Notes under the pieces: model-generated
What the model was told of the DNA's origin: nothing
What the model saw: only the letters and a program-made list of their open reading frames with translations
The model's database searches: none
From: Octopus vulgaris
Taxonomy: Eukaryota
Assembly (NCBI GenBank): GCA_951406725.2
Contig: OX597814.1
Location: 92,256,001 to 92,320,000, forward strand
DNA: 64,000 nt
Direction: 5' to 3'
Made by a program: the position numbers and the translations under genes
Part shown: in pieces, positions 29,008 through 43,201 of the stretch
Layout: every line of letters starts with the position of its first letter
How positions within the stretch are numbered: the first letter of the stretch is position 1

Positions 29008-30494
29008 CACTGAACTGCAAAATAAAAACGCGATTTTTTTCAAATGTCATTTTTATATGGTAAATTCTGAAAATTTATTTCGCGGGTGTAAGTGTAAATA
29101 TTCCAAGACATTCTGATTTATTGCTAACACCCAAATTGCAGTTAACCTTTCAACTATCCCTGAAACTAGACGCCAAAACGCAGCTGCCTTGATTTCCGTG
29201 GGTGGCAGTCGCAAACAATTATCATGAAAACTGAAATGCACGTGCATCTCGTAGAGGTTATTGGTATAAAAACCAACTTGAACTGCGTTCCAAGTATTCG
29301 TAATTTGAATGCATCAGGTATAACCGGATTGTCAGCAGCGCAAAGAAAACAAGCTACAGACCGATTGCAACAAAGCAGCATATTGCGAAAGCTCACAATA
29401 TCCATGCCAGCACCATCTATCACCTGCAAAACAGATACAACACAAACAGCACTGCAGACCGTGCCCACAGAATGCGCCCACGAGTGGCAACGTCCATAGG
29501 GACTGCTTCATCCACCTGCAACACCTCTGTGATCCCTTCAGATCGCCCAGCGTGACAGTTCGCGAGACCATTGTCACAGGAAAGTAACCCATCAGTGACG
29601 ACACGGTACGACGTCGACTGACCACCAACAACCTGCGTCGCCGTCGTCCTGCTCGAAAGGCTGTCCTCATCGCCCGCCTCCGTCAGGTACGACTACAGCA
29701 CCGACATTGGCGGCATAAACAATGGAGGTCGATAGTGTTCTCTGAAGAGAGCCAGTGCTGTGTTTCCACCTCAGATGACAGTGAGGGCTTGGAGTAGGAT
29801 GGGTGAACGCTACAGAGGCGCATGTGTCATGGGGAGAGATGCGTTGGGTGGCCAAAGCATTATGGTTTGGGATGCCATAGGCTTGAATCAGAAAACTGGG
29901 CTTCATTTGTTCCAAAATGTTGGTGCAGGGAGGGGGAATGATTCTAAGACTTCACATCGTGCGCTTCTTTGCGCATCCCCATAGCCACGTAGTCCAGCAG
30001 GACAATGCTCCCTCCTACAAGGCCAAGGTCACCATGGACTTCCTGCGCCAGCACAACAGCAGAACCATGCCGTGGCCGGCTCTCAGCTCGGATTCGAACC
30101 CAACTGAACACCTGTGAGATGTAATCCAGAGACGGCTGAACCAAGTAGTCCCAAGACCGACAACTGTTTGGAATTTGGAGGCAGCTTTTCTCAGGGTGTG
30201 GGCACAGGTGTCAATGGCTTTTGTGAACTGCCTCATGCACTCCATGGACCGACGGTGTATGGCCGTTTTGGACACCCAGGGTGGACATCGACGGTATTGA
30301 ACATGTCACGTCCAACAATCTTAGTGTACTGGATTCGCCTACTACCAGAACACATGACGACGACCCATAGACTGGGGTCAAGGTGCATTCATGAAATTGA
30401 CTTTATCTGATTTATCAAAATTTATCTCTGACATAATGAACTTAAAATATATTTCACAGTCACACACATCTCGCGTTACTTTTGCGGTTCAGTG
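29008..30494 (+). mobile_element. Decayed Tc1 transposon
   Basis: TIR cactgaactgcaaaa..aacgcga / tcgcgtt..ttttgcggttcagtg, TA flanks; SIMVWDAIG, QQDNAPSYKA, WPALSSDSNPTEHL, ends GGHRRY* at 30300; frameshifts and stops. Confidence 0.88.
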
Positions 30495-31862
30495 TATACT
30501 TTGAAGAGGATGTTAATGAAAGCGTAATGCGCGTGCGCGTGCATGTGTGCAAGCGTGTGTGTGTGTGTGTGTGTATGTGTGAGGGTGGGGGGGGTGATAT
30601 CTTTTGCTAGAAAATATTATGACAGATTTGATATAGTCTAGCCTGTATAAACCCCACGAATTTTAACACACCAAACCAAATATTTGTTTCAATACACTCT
30701 CGCAAATTTCCTTTTTTAGCCTTTATTTCTTATTGATTCATTTTATCACACAATAACTCGGTAACTCGCAAAACAATTTATATCTCCTCTAATTGGACAT
30801 TTTTATGTATTTTCTAACTCAGCACTGTTGTAGCAGACTACGTGAAGTCTCAATAAAGCTCCAGTTATTTTGTCGCTTAACAGGTTTGTTCTCCGAAACC
30901 TCAAGAAAGCAAAGAAGTTAAGATTCAGGGAGGAACGAGTAGGCGTAACGTTTAGTGAAAACTGAGTAATACGAGAAGATATTCACAAGTTGAACAGCTT
31001 GATGGGCAATACCATCCCAGTTAGTCTAGTGGTCATTTCTGTAGATAGCTTACCTACCGTAATTCCTTGTTACTGACTACAATATTATCAGAAACAGTAG
31101 TTTCTTTAATTGGCATGATGCCAAGTTTTTTACGTGCCAACTATAGTTATTTAGATTAGTAACATATTTCAGAAATCCATTTATAAATGGCACAAGAGAA
31201 AGAGAAATATGATATATGTGAAATTTCAGCCATCTTTGAGTAACTTATAAACGAGCTAGGACCTCAGCGCGACCTCGCGACAGGCAAAAAAATATCTGTT
31301 CAATTTCAGTTTAACTCAGCTGTTACTAACAGTCTTAAAAAGTGAAGGAGGCAACATAATGTAGTTCTTATGCAAATATATGAAATAATCAGTCTTGTAC
31401 GCATTTAATCATATCTCTGCTAGATAAGAAATCGAAAGATGGATAAAATTAAACATGAGGTTCCTGGCCTTTGTCTACCAACTTACGAATAGTTACCTAT
31501 TTATTTCTTGATCACTTCCTCACCCCTAAACGTTACAATAGATGAAAAGCAATTCATATTTCCTCTCGATATTAAAATCGATATTGATTGATAATGTTCT
31601 ATTCTTAATCCTCAAAATAACATAAATGCTACGTTGTACTATCGTTAAAAACTGAAAGTCGTTATAAATACAAAGAAATGCAAATATATAGACTTAATAT
31701 AAAGCTTATTTATTGATTGATGAAATATTGAGAGAAGGTTTTCTTACTGAAATGGTGAAATAGTAGATTCCTTGTTATTTATGAATATCATACTTAATCT
31801 TCTTAAGATACTTTTGAGAAAAGTTTTAAATTATATATCATATATACTGAATTTATTTGTTA

Positions 31863-32837
31863 CTAGCTGTTGGACCCGGCGTTGCTCGTGTTTTCCGTGT
31901 TTAAGTTAAGCCCACCTCTGACCTTGTACTCTATGTTCCCCGTGCCAACTATTACCCATTAAAATGTTATAATTGGTTCGGCAGGCTGTTGCAGGATGAG
32001 TAGAACTGTGACAGGCACAGGAAAAAATGGTCAGAGCGGAGTTTTTGCAGCCGATGACGACTCGAAACGAGGCTGAAGTAATAAATGAAGGCTTTAAGAA
32101 CGTGTTTTAAGAAAATGAGTTCACATTTGTAAAGAGGTACTTACAGTGGAGTGGCAAGGCGGCTAGCTCCGAAGATGTCTTCATTGGAGTATTGGAGACT
32201 TGACTATTTTTTGATCTTGTTTGATGAAATTCAGTCCTGTAACGCCTCTTGGTAGACGACGTTTTTTTGTTGTTTTTTTTTTTTTTTGTCTTTTCGTCTT
32301 GGATAAAGATGAAAAGCCTTTGAGGATTGCCAACTCTTGAGCATCCTACGTATAGTTGGCCATGAGAGAAGGCAGTTTCAGTGAGGTTAAGTCCAACTAC
32401 CTCCAATGACTGGCCTTGGGCTTTATCTATACTCATGGCGAAACTGGGTTTGACTGGGAATTGTAGCCGCTTGAACTTCACATCCGAGTCAGATGGAATC
32501 AGTGGAATTCAAGAGGCATGAAAAGGACACAAATGTAAATAAGCATTTCCTTTGAGGCTATTCTATCGATTTTGTTGAAATTTTACACGTGAAAAAATAC
32601 AAAAACTGCAGGAAAAATAACATCGTTATGAGAATTTCCATTCAAATGCCCGACTGAGCTCACAAAAATTGATGCCAACTGAATATTATCGAGTTTTCGA
32701 AAAATTCGGATCTTATTTGAACTTCAGGACATGTGATCTACCTATGTTCCAAAAATTATAATCGGTTGGACGGCGTGAGAAAAGTTACAGTAACCCCAAA
32801 CACACACACAGACACTATTATACATTTACGTATAAGA
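31863..32837 (-). mobile_element. Deleted Helitron with helicase C-terminal remnant
   Basis: FKRLQFPVKPSFAMSIDKAQGQSL..FSHGQLYVGCSRV; 5' TC at 32837; hairpin and CTAG at 31863. Confidence 0.85.
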
Positions 32838-33043
32838 TTCTGTTGATTTACATACATATATACAAAATATTTTATTGGCCAAATACCATCCACATCCACA
32901 ATAAAAGACAAATTTAATCTTGCATGATCTTTTCAGAACTCACTATTTTAACGATCTAAGCTATGAGTGTAGTGAAAGTACACTGCTATTTCCAGAATGT
33001 CGTAGGGAATTTTCATTCTGTAAGCCAGTTTATTGCATTTTCG

Positions 33044-33106
<63 letters not shown>

Positions 33107-33116
33107 ATGACCACTA

Positions 33117-33261
33117 AGTGGACATCCGTATACTAGAAGTCGACCACCTATGGTCTTACCACTAAGAAAGGAATGTTCTCAAGAAAATTTAGCAAGAGAA
33201 CATTCCTGTCTTAGTGGTAAGACCATAGGGGTCGTAGAATTCTAGCATATGGATGTCCACT
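33117..33261. repeat. Hairpin with about 65-bp arms and 15-nt spacer next to (TA)n
   Basis: agtggacatcc..ggaatgttctc pairs with gagaacattcc..ggatgtccact. Confidence 0.85.
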
Positions 33262-33345
33262 GGTTTTAAATTGATATCAATCAAATTAATATTCAAATTT
33301 TCAACCTTAATATTTTTAATATATATATATATAAACTCTCATGTC

Positions 33346-33393
33346 GTCTCTGATGTAGGGATATACCTAATATCCCAGAAACAGCTGTAAGTT
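33346..33393 (+). ncRNA. Degenerate type I hammerhead motif
   Basis: CTGATGTA-gggatat accta atatccc-a-GAAA-CAGCTG-TA; 7-bp stem II and palindromic stem III, but mutated core and weak stem I. Confidence 0.5.
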
Positions 33394-33590
33394 TACCTTT
33401 CTCTTTATAAATGCCCGATAAATTCCACACAGCCTTGATTTTCTTATCTCATTTTATTTAACATATGTATGCTCACACAAGACTCTCATTACACTCCTCA
33501 CTCGTATTATTATGGAACCGAGAGTCTAGCTACAGTCCTCCCGTAGCACTTAATTAACCTTACCGGCCATCTTGGGTCTTCTGGACACCA

Positions 33591-33631
<41 letters not shown>

Positions 33632-34317
33632 ACTGCCGACACAGACAACCGTTTATATTTCAGTAATGTGAACTCTCTAATTACTGAAGGCGTTTTTTAT
33701 CAAACCTTCGAGCCTTTCTGTTACTGCAACATTCTTTGGGCAACAATAATATATTACCATCTTCTGTCTGTTTTTTGTATAATACCTTGACAAGCTATTA
33801 CCTATGAAGGTAAGTGATTAAATACTTTCAAGTACCTGAGCTGGCTCCTTCTTTGAACATTCAATAGTAAAATACATCACTAATATACTGTATTAAAAAT
33901 ATCATGGATATTCGTGACATAACAATTGAAAAGAGTAGAAATTTCGATATAGTTGATAGATAAATATGTGGTTGTATGCTTCCTATAATAACGTAAGTAT
34001 AAGAGTGGTTAGCGTAAAGTGTAAGCATAGAAATAAAGATATAAAATGTTATGCATAAAATGCCATTCAGAATTGATTTGTGTATGTATATAGAATTCGA
34101 GACACTCAAAACACTTAATGTATGTAATATTGATTTACGGGGACTTTAGAATTCATAGTTATTTGCTGTTAAATTGAGAAACTTTGCCGCAAAAATGTGA
34201 GCAATTATAGTCGGTCCTAATTATTGAAGTTCTTGGAAGTTCTTGGTTCACATGAGATGATGCTCACGTATATTTTGGTTGTATCTAAGGGCCTATAATG
34301 AATGGAGTTGTTTCGTA

Positions 34318-34434
<117 letters not shown>

Positions 34435-34435
34435 A

Positions 34436-34645
34436 GCCACTAGCTGGCAGAATCGTTAGCACGCCGGGAAAAATGCCTAGCGGCATTTCGCCCGTTGCTA
34501 CGTTCTGAGTTCAAATTCCGCCGAGTTCGACTTTCCCATTCATCCTTTCGGGACCCACAAATTAAGTACCGGTGAAGCTCATGGGTCGATGCAATCGACT
34601 GGTCTACTCTCCCAAAATTTCAGGCTATGTGCCTGTACTAGAAAG
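34436..34645 (+). mobile_element. SINE family A between (ATT)n tracts
   Basis: gctggcagaatcgttagcacgccggg head and GAGTTCAAATTCC. Confidence 0.75.
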
Positions 34646-34646
34646 G

Positions 34647-34709
<63 letters not shown>

Positions 34710-34859
34710 TTTATTATCATCATCATCATCATCATCATTATTACTATTATTATTAATATTATTATTGTGTTTTGTTGTTATTTCTGTTGTTGTTGCTGTT
34801 ATTTCATATACGCACAACTGAGTAGACTGTTCGAGAACAAAAATTCCTAACATCGGGCT

Positions 34860-35355
34860 ACAACAAGTAATCTAAGATGTCAAGAAGCTTCCTAAATATC
34901 TTAGCTGTTCCTGTTAATACTGTTTTCTGGAGCTGCACTAGATTAGCTTTTATGTCTATTTCCTCTCTCCATCTGTTCAAATCTTTAAGGATAGTTTCAA
35001 TGTACCTATAACTACAGAGATATATTTCACCCTCACTTTCCATAAGCTCTGTAACTCAGTGGCCAGGGTCTGGTATTTTGCTATTTTCTTTATGCCACTC
35101 ATATTGACTTTCTCAATCAATTATCTGACACTTTCTATTCTCTTTGTCTACCACTGCTAAATCTAGTATTTTACTAGGCTCATGTTCATACTATATATAT
35201 ATCAGTATGGTCATATCCTAGTTTTCTACACAACTCCCAGTGGATTATTATCCCTAGGTTATCATGTCTTTTCTTGTATGTTTCTATGCCAGCATGCTAC
35301 ATTCAATATGTGTATGAGTAGCACTTTCCTCCTTTGATTTACACACCCTAGTGTG
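34860..35355 (-). mobile_element. Decayed R4/Dong-like LINE C-terminal region
   Basis: Minus strand CCHC-like VCKSKEESATH..C, DLAVVDKENRKCQIID, KIAKYQTL, QLQKTVLTGTAKIFRK. Confidence 0.7.
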
Positions 35356-35868
35356 ATATAATGAAAAGTAGTTCATATTTCTAGAATGCCAAGTGACTGT
35401 GAAGAGGCTTCCTCGTTAAGTCGATTGTAAGTTAGTCTAAATAGAGGAATGATCGCCCTTAAACTTCGCAACTTTCCCAGAGTTGTAGGACGGATATTGA
35501 GAACCACATTGAACATCAGCAAGCAAGATTTGGACGTAATCGGAACTGGAACTCTGGTGCCAATGCTTGTAAAATATAACTCAGATATCATTGATTATAT
35601 TAAAGTGGGAGATGTGTTATGCCTAGCTCTCAAGAATAAGCCAAGACCTCAATTACACCCACTTCAACTGAATGTGATTGGAAATAGAATTTATTTGACA
35701 CTATTATATTTCTTAGTCCAGACTCAAGTAGCTCATACATTCGAAGGTTTCTAAAGTTAATTACAATAGTTATTTCGTTACATTACTCATTCAATTTCCA
35801 AATAATAAAGATTCCATTTTTTCTGTGAAACTAGCTTTCTCAATCTACTTTATGTTACACTACTTCCC

Positions 35869-35911
<43 letters not shown>

Positions 35912-36829
35912 TTCACTCTATCTATCTCTCTATTTTCCTCTCTTTCTCCACTCATTAATCAAGAGAGAAATTATTCAAAATCGTTTCCATTCCACTATTA
36001 AATTTATTAAAATAGCTACGTTTTTCTTTTAAACATGAGCTTTCAGGACTCGTATTTATTTAATTTTTTATAGATTTTTTTTAAATACTGATAATTGGTC
36101 CAGAGGTTTTTAATACCAAAATTTATTTTCGAATCAGTTTTCTCGCTTAAATTGGAAAGAAAACGTAAACATATATGTAGCTCTAAATAGGGAACATGAC
36201 ATTCTTTCGTTTACATTTATTTTTCATTATAATCAATTAATCTCTCCAGCCTGCTGGGTTTTTTTGGGGTTTTTTTTCAATTCTCCTTAATGGACTTAAT
36301 TTTGGAAATTGATTCCGAAATGACTATACAATGGACGTGGGTTCCTTACAAAAGGGTTAATACAGTGTGGAAAAATTAAATATAGTCCTGCAAAACTGAC
36401 AAAGGTCGTTGGTTGTGGCGTGAGTTCAATTCTTCTACTAAATATAGACAAAAATTATTTTGTTACTACGTTTGTTCCTATAATAGAAAGAATAGTTATT
36501 AGTATTGTTGCTATTGTTGTTGTTGTTGTTGTATAGACCTGGATCATACTTGATCAAGCAATAAAAGGCATTCCAGCCATGACAATCCGTCTTTCATTCG
36601 GCCCTTTTTATCGGGACTACACTATCTAAAATGTACTTTCTATAAAGATGATATCGTAAAATTAAGATTTAGGTGCCGTTTTATCTGCTCTTTCGCTTAC
36701 CCTGTATTGCTTATTATGAAACACCTAATATCTTAATGGCAAATAGCATCGCTTTAATTTTTTGCTTCGTAACTGCATATATATTTCCCCATATATACAT
36801 GCATACATGCATACATACACACATACATA

Positions 36830-37228
36830 TACTCTTTTACTCTTTTATTTGTTTCAGTCAATTGACTGTTGCCATGCTGGAGCACCGCCTTTAGTCGAGC
36901 AAATCGACCCCGGGACTTATTCTTTGTAATCCCAGTACTCATTCTATCGGTCTCTTTTGTCGAATCGCTAAGTGACGGGGACGTAAACACACCAGCATCG
37001 GTTGTCAAGCAATGCTAAGGGGACAAACACAGACACACAAACACATACACACACACACACATATATATATATATAAATATATATACGACAGGCTTCTTTC
37101 AGTTTCCGTCTACCAAATCCACGGGGCTATAGCAGAAGACACTTTCCCAAGATGCCACGCAGTGGGACTGAACCCGGAACCATGTGGTTGGTTAGCAAGC
37201 TACTTATCACACAGCCACTCCTGCGCCT
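36830..37228 (-). mobile_element. SINE family B
   Basis: Near full-length reverse copy. Confidence 0.85.
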
Positions 37229-38125
37229 ATATATATATATATATGCATACATACATATATACATACATATATGCGCACACACACACACTTTTGGCTTTGG
37301 TTCACTGGTAGTTGATAATATACCTCATAGTAACCCCAAATCGTTTCGAACTTACATGCCGATGCTCCTTTTTATTTTGTTTTGTTTTTTTTTTTTTCGT
37401 CTGTGACAAAATCTATTTCAAATAGTGGGAAAGTACGATTATTGTCGAAAGAGGTCTTTGTCGATAACATTATTTGTTTGTATCATACTATTTGGTTACC
37501 CGTTGTATTTCTTTTGAGCCTTTGTGTGATTACAGAACTAACCATAAACAGAAAAAGAATTAAAACCAGCATCACCCACACGGGGCATGCTCTTCTGTGT
37601 TTTCTACCTTTAGGTATGGCTATTAATTAGATTATCTCATCTTTCTTTGCTATGAATTCATCAAAGATTTGTGTTGTTTTACTTACTTTTCTTTTCTTTT
37701 TACTATCGTTTTTCCTTAAATCTCCAAACAATCTATATCTTTCATCCAGAGAATTTTGTTTTCACCTTTGAGCTGTCCTTGTAGTTGTCATCGTTTCAAT
37801 TTTTATATGGCATTAAAATTACATTTTTGTCTCTAAGTATCCAGATACCCCAACGGTTTGCAGAACTGGTGCAAAAACAATTAGTTTTAAATCTCTGAGC
37901 GATAAGTAAGTAGTAACAGTAAAATCTATTTGCCAATGTAAAGTGGCAGTCCTGATTAGGACAATGTTACTACCTTTTTAGCCCCAGGAAAATATTTTTC
38001 CGAATTTGTTTAAATCTGTATGGAATAATATATCAGTTGAATAAAGTTACAACGTGGTCTGTTTTTCACGTTTATTAATATTGTATTTCAGAAAGATTTG
38101 AAGTGTGCTAAATATTTAAAAAAAA

Positions 38126-38372
38126 GTACAGTTCTATATTTGAGAGATGAGGATTTATGTACATTATTTACATTTGACGGATATTTGTCCTCATCTTGTT
38201 TGTTGTTAACATAACATTTCGGCTCATATACTCTGCGTGCAGCATTCATCAGGTGTCTTGGGGAAATTTCGAACCTGGGCATATGGCGTAGTGGTTAAAA
38301 GCACGGGCTACTAACCTCAAGATTCCGAGTTCGATACCAGGCAGTAACCTGAACAACAACAACAACAACAAC

Positions 38373-38430
<58 letters not shown>

Positions 38431-38570
38431 GCATCGAACAATACCTTAGGAATGAGAAGCTAGGTTCGAAATTTCCCCTAGACACTTGATGAAGGCTGTA
38501 GAGTATATCAGCCGAAACGTGTTAACAACAAACAAGACGAAGACAAATATCTGTCAAATGTAAATAATGT
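38126..38570 (+). mobile_element. Composite element: inverted arm, tRNA-derived head, (AAC/AAT)n, hammerhead-bearing arm
   Basis: 38161-38276 pairs with 38462-38570; A box TGGCGTAGTGG and B box GAGTTCGATACC at 38277-38345; TTGATGA-a-ggctg..cagcc-GAAACGT at about 38483-38525. Confidence 0.75.
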
Positions 38571-38999
38571 ATTTAAAAAAATATATATTTAGTAATGTTC
38601 ATTAAGTTCAATTAGAACTTTCATACGTTCGTAGTAATCATCAGATTTCCAAATGTATTGACTGACTTTTGAATTGAAGTTTTAACAACTGTAATAAAAT
38701 GACTGACTTCTTCCTTTTTATACCTTTTAGAAGGCTCCGACAAGCTGAATTTATCAAATACGGTTGTGACCAATCAGCATGCAGCTTAAATGACACGGTT
38801 TGTCGAGCGCACCGATATTACTAGCATAGATCCCGCCTTTATTTTAACAAATTAACTTGCGATTTACATGTAATGGTTTTATGAGTGAGCAAACTTTGTT
38901 GGTTTGGTTTTTTTTCAATAGGTGGATCTCTTCTGTAATTTGTTCATATTCATATGTTAAAGATATTTTTTAATCCACATCATTAACTGGTTCTTATAT

Positions 39000-41000
39000 A
39001 TCATTGTTGTTATTTCCGTTCAGAACACGTCTGAACATTTTAATGAAACGTCTTTCTTTTATCTCTCTTCCAGCCTCATTTGTGTCATGCAGTTTGTGAA
39101 AAGAAACAATTAGAAACATTTTTGACCACATATTCTATACGTTCGCTCAATGGAATTTGGCGAACATTATTTTTCCAGATTTGTTGTCTTTGAACTCGTG
39201 AGATTTCCGATAATGCATTCCCTGTCTCGACAATGTATAGTTCCTCGCAGTTAGGGAATTTAATGCAGTAGATCAAATTTCTACTTTTGCAATTCATATC
39301 TGCATTTGTGAAAATCTGACCCATTCTTTTGTTCTAAAGGATCTACTAGTACGCATGTATTGACACGATCCACTTCTGTTATCATTACACTTGGGCACTG
39401 TGAATGTTTTATCGTGTTAGTTCATGTTGAATTTTGCCTATGTTAATAGTTTCTTTAGGTTATGTGGCTGCCTTTTGCTTAAGATAAGTGTTTGATTAGT
39501 TATTATTTTTTTTAATTTTCCATTTTGTTTCATGGTTCGCAAATTTGTTTTGACGATGTTAAAAATGTTTTGATGATGCGGATTGTGTATTACTAGAAAT
39601 GGTATTGTGTTGATGGGTTTGTCTTTTTCGTGTTGCCCTAAGTTGTTTTATAGGTATGACTTTTGCTCGTTGTATAAGTCGTATGTCCTACTACTTGGAT
39701 CATCAGCTATAGTACTGGCTAGACAGTAAGTACGGGATGTTGCGTTTCGTGTGTATTGAGTGGCATGATTTGATGTTTAGGTGCTGGTGAGTATCTGTGC
39801 TTTTGCAATAAATATCAATTGTGATTGTGGTGTTGTTTTAATTGCTATGTCAAGAAATGGTAATTGTGTATTGCTCATTTCTCCTGTGAATTTGAGTCTA
39901 GATTGTAGATTGTTGAGGAAGGTGCTGAATTCTTCCAGATTTTCTAGAGATTGGGTCCAAATTAGGAAACAATCATCGAGGTATCTGTTCTATGTGTCCT
40001 CTATATGCCTTGTAAAGACCATGCCATAGTTTTCTTCAATTTTTGATATAGGTTTTGTTCCAAGTGTCCCAATACTGAGTTTGCGAAAACTGGAGCAAAT
40101 CGTGCCCCCAAAGATGTACCTCCAATGTGGAGGTGTTTTTTCTGTTGGAAAGAAATGTATTGTTCTCGAGGATGAGGCTGACCGCGTCTAGTTTGAAGGT
40201 TACAGTAAATTTACTGTGGGTCACTTCTCGATGTTTCTCGACCCAATATTTTATGGAAGTATGATTCCCAAATCATGTGGAATTATCATATATAAGTTTG
40301 TTACATCAACACTAACAGTGAATTGGATCCTGTTGCTTTGAGCAGATGTGACAGGAAATCAATGTCATCCCGAATGAAACTGGATATGTGACTACATAGA
40401 TGTTTTAGGATAATGTCAATGAGGTTGCTCAGGTGATGTGTTGGACAGGCTCGACCAGCTATAATGGGTCTTAGTTTAAGGTATTTTGGTTGTAGTAGTT
40501 TTATGTATTCACTATCATTTTGTGTTTCTTCTGATATGCATTTTAGTTGCTGGATTTCGAATCAAAATTGGTAATGTAGTCCCTTTCATTAGGAGTGAGA
40601 GAGTTATAATGCTTTAAGACTAAATAATTGAGTTTCTTCATGATGTGGGAGTCAATATGTACGGGTATTTCACGGTAGAATGTTCCATCCTTCAATTTAC
40701 CTTCAGCTAAATCTCGGTAATATTCCGTATTCATTATAACATTGGCACCCCCTTTTTCCGCTTGTTTGATGACAATTCTGTTGTCATTTTTAAGGCGTAT
40801 AAGGGCAGACTTTTCTAATTTTGAAATGTTTGGTCTGACGTTGATGTTATGCCTCAGTGGAAATACGGAGAGGATATCAATGAACTGATCTAGATGTGCA
40901 TTTCGTCCTCTTGGCGGATTAAATTTTTGATTTATTTTTCACCAAGGATTCGTCATTTTCATATTTTTATCAGTAAAAACTGCATAAGTCGTATTAGTTT
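39000..41000 (-). pseudogene. Decayed Penelope-like element ORF (RT plus GIY-YIG endonuclease)
   Basis: Minus strand IVIKQAEKGG, LRPIIAG, VDVTNLY, RYLDDCFLIW, LPFLDI, CKSRNLIYCIKFPNCEELYIVETG; many stops and frameshifts. Confidence 0.88.
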
Positions 41001-41141
41001 GTATTATATTTCTACCGAGAAGGAAAATCTTCTACTATAGCGTCACGTTCACTAATACATTATGGGATGAAAGTGACACCTCTGTACAGAAGACCGTCGT
41101 ATATATGCAAGAATAAGAAAGAGTTCCTGTGTGTTTAAGTG

Positions 41142-41214
<73 letters not shown>

Positions 41215-41822
41215 GACTGTGCGTGTGTGCTTGTGTGTAAGTCTGTTTGTGCGTGTTTGTGTGTGTGTGTGCGTGGGTACGTGCGTGATGTAAATATATC
41301 TGTGTTTATATACAACTATTTAAAACGCTGCGACCTTTTAAATCAAATGATGACATCTACAATCCTTAAGGAAAATTAGGACAAAATTAGTCTGAGACTA
41401 AGTAATTGTGGTTCGAACGATTAACTAAGTCCAATGAAGCCACACTAAACCATAGCAATATTGCAATAATAGAAACCAATTACTCCTTGAGATACGTGTA
41501 ACACGCATGCTAAATATCATCAGAATGCATTTGTTAATCACGCCACAATAGGCTTCATTTTCATGGTTTTTATTTGTAAACTTATATTGCCTTGCTACCA
41601 ATCAGATTTGGTAATGAGATGAAAAAACTTACGCTCAACCTAAATGTATGTGTGTATGTGAATATAAGTATGTGCATGTATATGTACATATATATATGCC
41701 CATATATATATGCATATTTATGCATATATATATACATATGTATATATGTATTTATATATACATACACACATACACATACACACATTTATATATATTTGTG
41801 TATGTGTGCATATGCGTATGTA

Positions 41823-41858
<36 letters not shown>

Positions 41859-41860
<2 letters not shown>

Positions 41861-42281
41861 AGGCGCAGGAGTGGCTGTGTTGTAAGTAGCTTGCTTACCA
41901 ACCACATGGTTCCGGGTTCAATCCCACTGCGTGGCACCGTGGGCAATTCTCTTCTGTTTTAGCCGCGAGCCGACCAAAGCCTTGTGAGTTGATTTGGTAG
42001 AAGCCCTCGTATATGTGTGTGTGTATGTATGTGTGTGTGTGTGTGCGTGTGTATTATGTATGTGTGTATATGTTTGTGTGTCGTGTTTGACCCCCCAACA
42101 TCGCTTCACAACCGATGATGGTGTGTTTACGTCCCCGTAACTTAGCGGTTCGGCAAAAGAAGCCGATAGAATAAGTACTAGGCTTACAAAGAATAAGTCC
42201 TGGGGTCGATTTGCGCGACTAAAGGCGGTGCTTCACTATGGCCGCAGTCAAATGACTGAAACAAGTAAAGAATAAAAGAAT
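41859..42281 (+). mobile_element. SINE family B
   Basis: A-box-like GTGGCTGTGTTG, B box GGTTCAATCCC, internal microsatellite, A-rich tail. Confidence 0.85.
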
Positions 42282-42444
42282 ATATATATATATATAGTGA
42301 CGTATTTTTGCCATTTCAATATGGCTAACCCCTAAGTGGATGCTACTGTAGTTTTTAGCCCCAGGAGGACACACTCCTCCAGCTGGCCATAGACACACTT
42401 TCTGTGTCCTGTCAGTATTTGCAAAGGGAAGTCATCCTTCCGTG

Positions 42445-42503
42445 TATGATACACACGGACTCGAGTTTCGAGGTATTGACCTCGTCAGCGTGTGACAATC
42501 ATA
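42445..42503 (-). ncRNA. Hammerhead motif with 2-nt deletion at stem II
   Basis: Minus strand cacacg-CTGACGA-ggtcaatacctc-GAAA-CTCGAG-TC-cgtgtg. Confidence 0.6.
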
Positions 42504-42709
42504 GTTGTCGGCGAAATTAGATTTCCTTCACAAATACTTATACTTTTTCCAGCGTCCACTGTCGCTGATATTGAAAAAGTGAAATCAAACAATGATAAGT
42601 ATAGATACAGTAGCGGTAACACATCTGACGTATTTTTGCCATTTCAATATGGCTAACCCCTTAGGGTGGATGCTACTGCAAAGGGAAGTCATCCTTCCCG
42701 TCTTCAACT

Positions 42710-42770
42710 TATGATACACACGGACTCGAGTTTCGAGGTATTGACCTCTCGTCAGCGTGTGACAATCATA
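42710..42770 (-). ncRNA. Type I hammerhead ribozyme
   Basis: Exact reverse complement of 43141-43201. Confidence 0.85.
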
Positions 42771-43140
42771 GTTGTCGCGAGAATTAGATTTCCTTCACAA
42801 ATACTTTATACTTTTTCCAGCGTCCACTGTCGCTGATATTGAAAAAGTGAAATCAAACAATGATAAAGTATCAAAGTGAGTTATATACAGTAGCGGTAAC
42901 ACATCGTGTCGTTTTTGCCATTTCAATATGGCTAACCCCTTTAGGGTGGATGCTACTGCATCCACCCTTAGGGGTTAGCCATATTGAAATGGCAAAAATA
43001 CGTCACGATGTGTTACCGCTACTGTATATAACTCACTTTGATACTTATCATTGTTTGATTTCACTTTTTCAATATCAGCGACAGTGGACGCTGGAAAAAG
43101 TATAAGTATTTGTGAAGGAAATCTAATTCTCGCCGACAAC

Positions 43141-43201
43141 TATGATTGTCACACGCTGACGAGAGGTCAATACCTCGAAACTCGAGTCCGTGTGTATCAT
43201 A
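43141..43201 (+). ncRNA. Type I hammerhead ribozyme
   Basis: cacacg-CTGACGA-GAGGT caat ACCTC-GAAA-CTCGAG-TC/cgtgtg; stem I extends via tatgat/atcata; predicted cleavage after 43188. Confidence 0.9.

Noticed and set aside
31250-31290. CTAG plus GC hairpin as a Helitron end
   Set aside because: No matching 5' end or internal evidence found
35449-35754. 101-aa ORF in unique sequence
   Set aside because: No recognisable domain or supporting gene structure
38277-38350. Functional tRNA gene
   Set aside because: Poor acceptor-stem pairing and no oligo-T terminator; better explained as a SINE-type head
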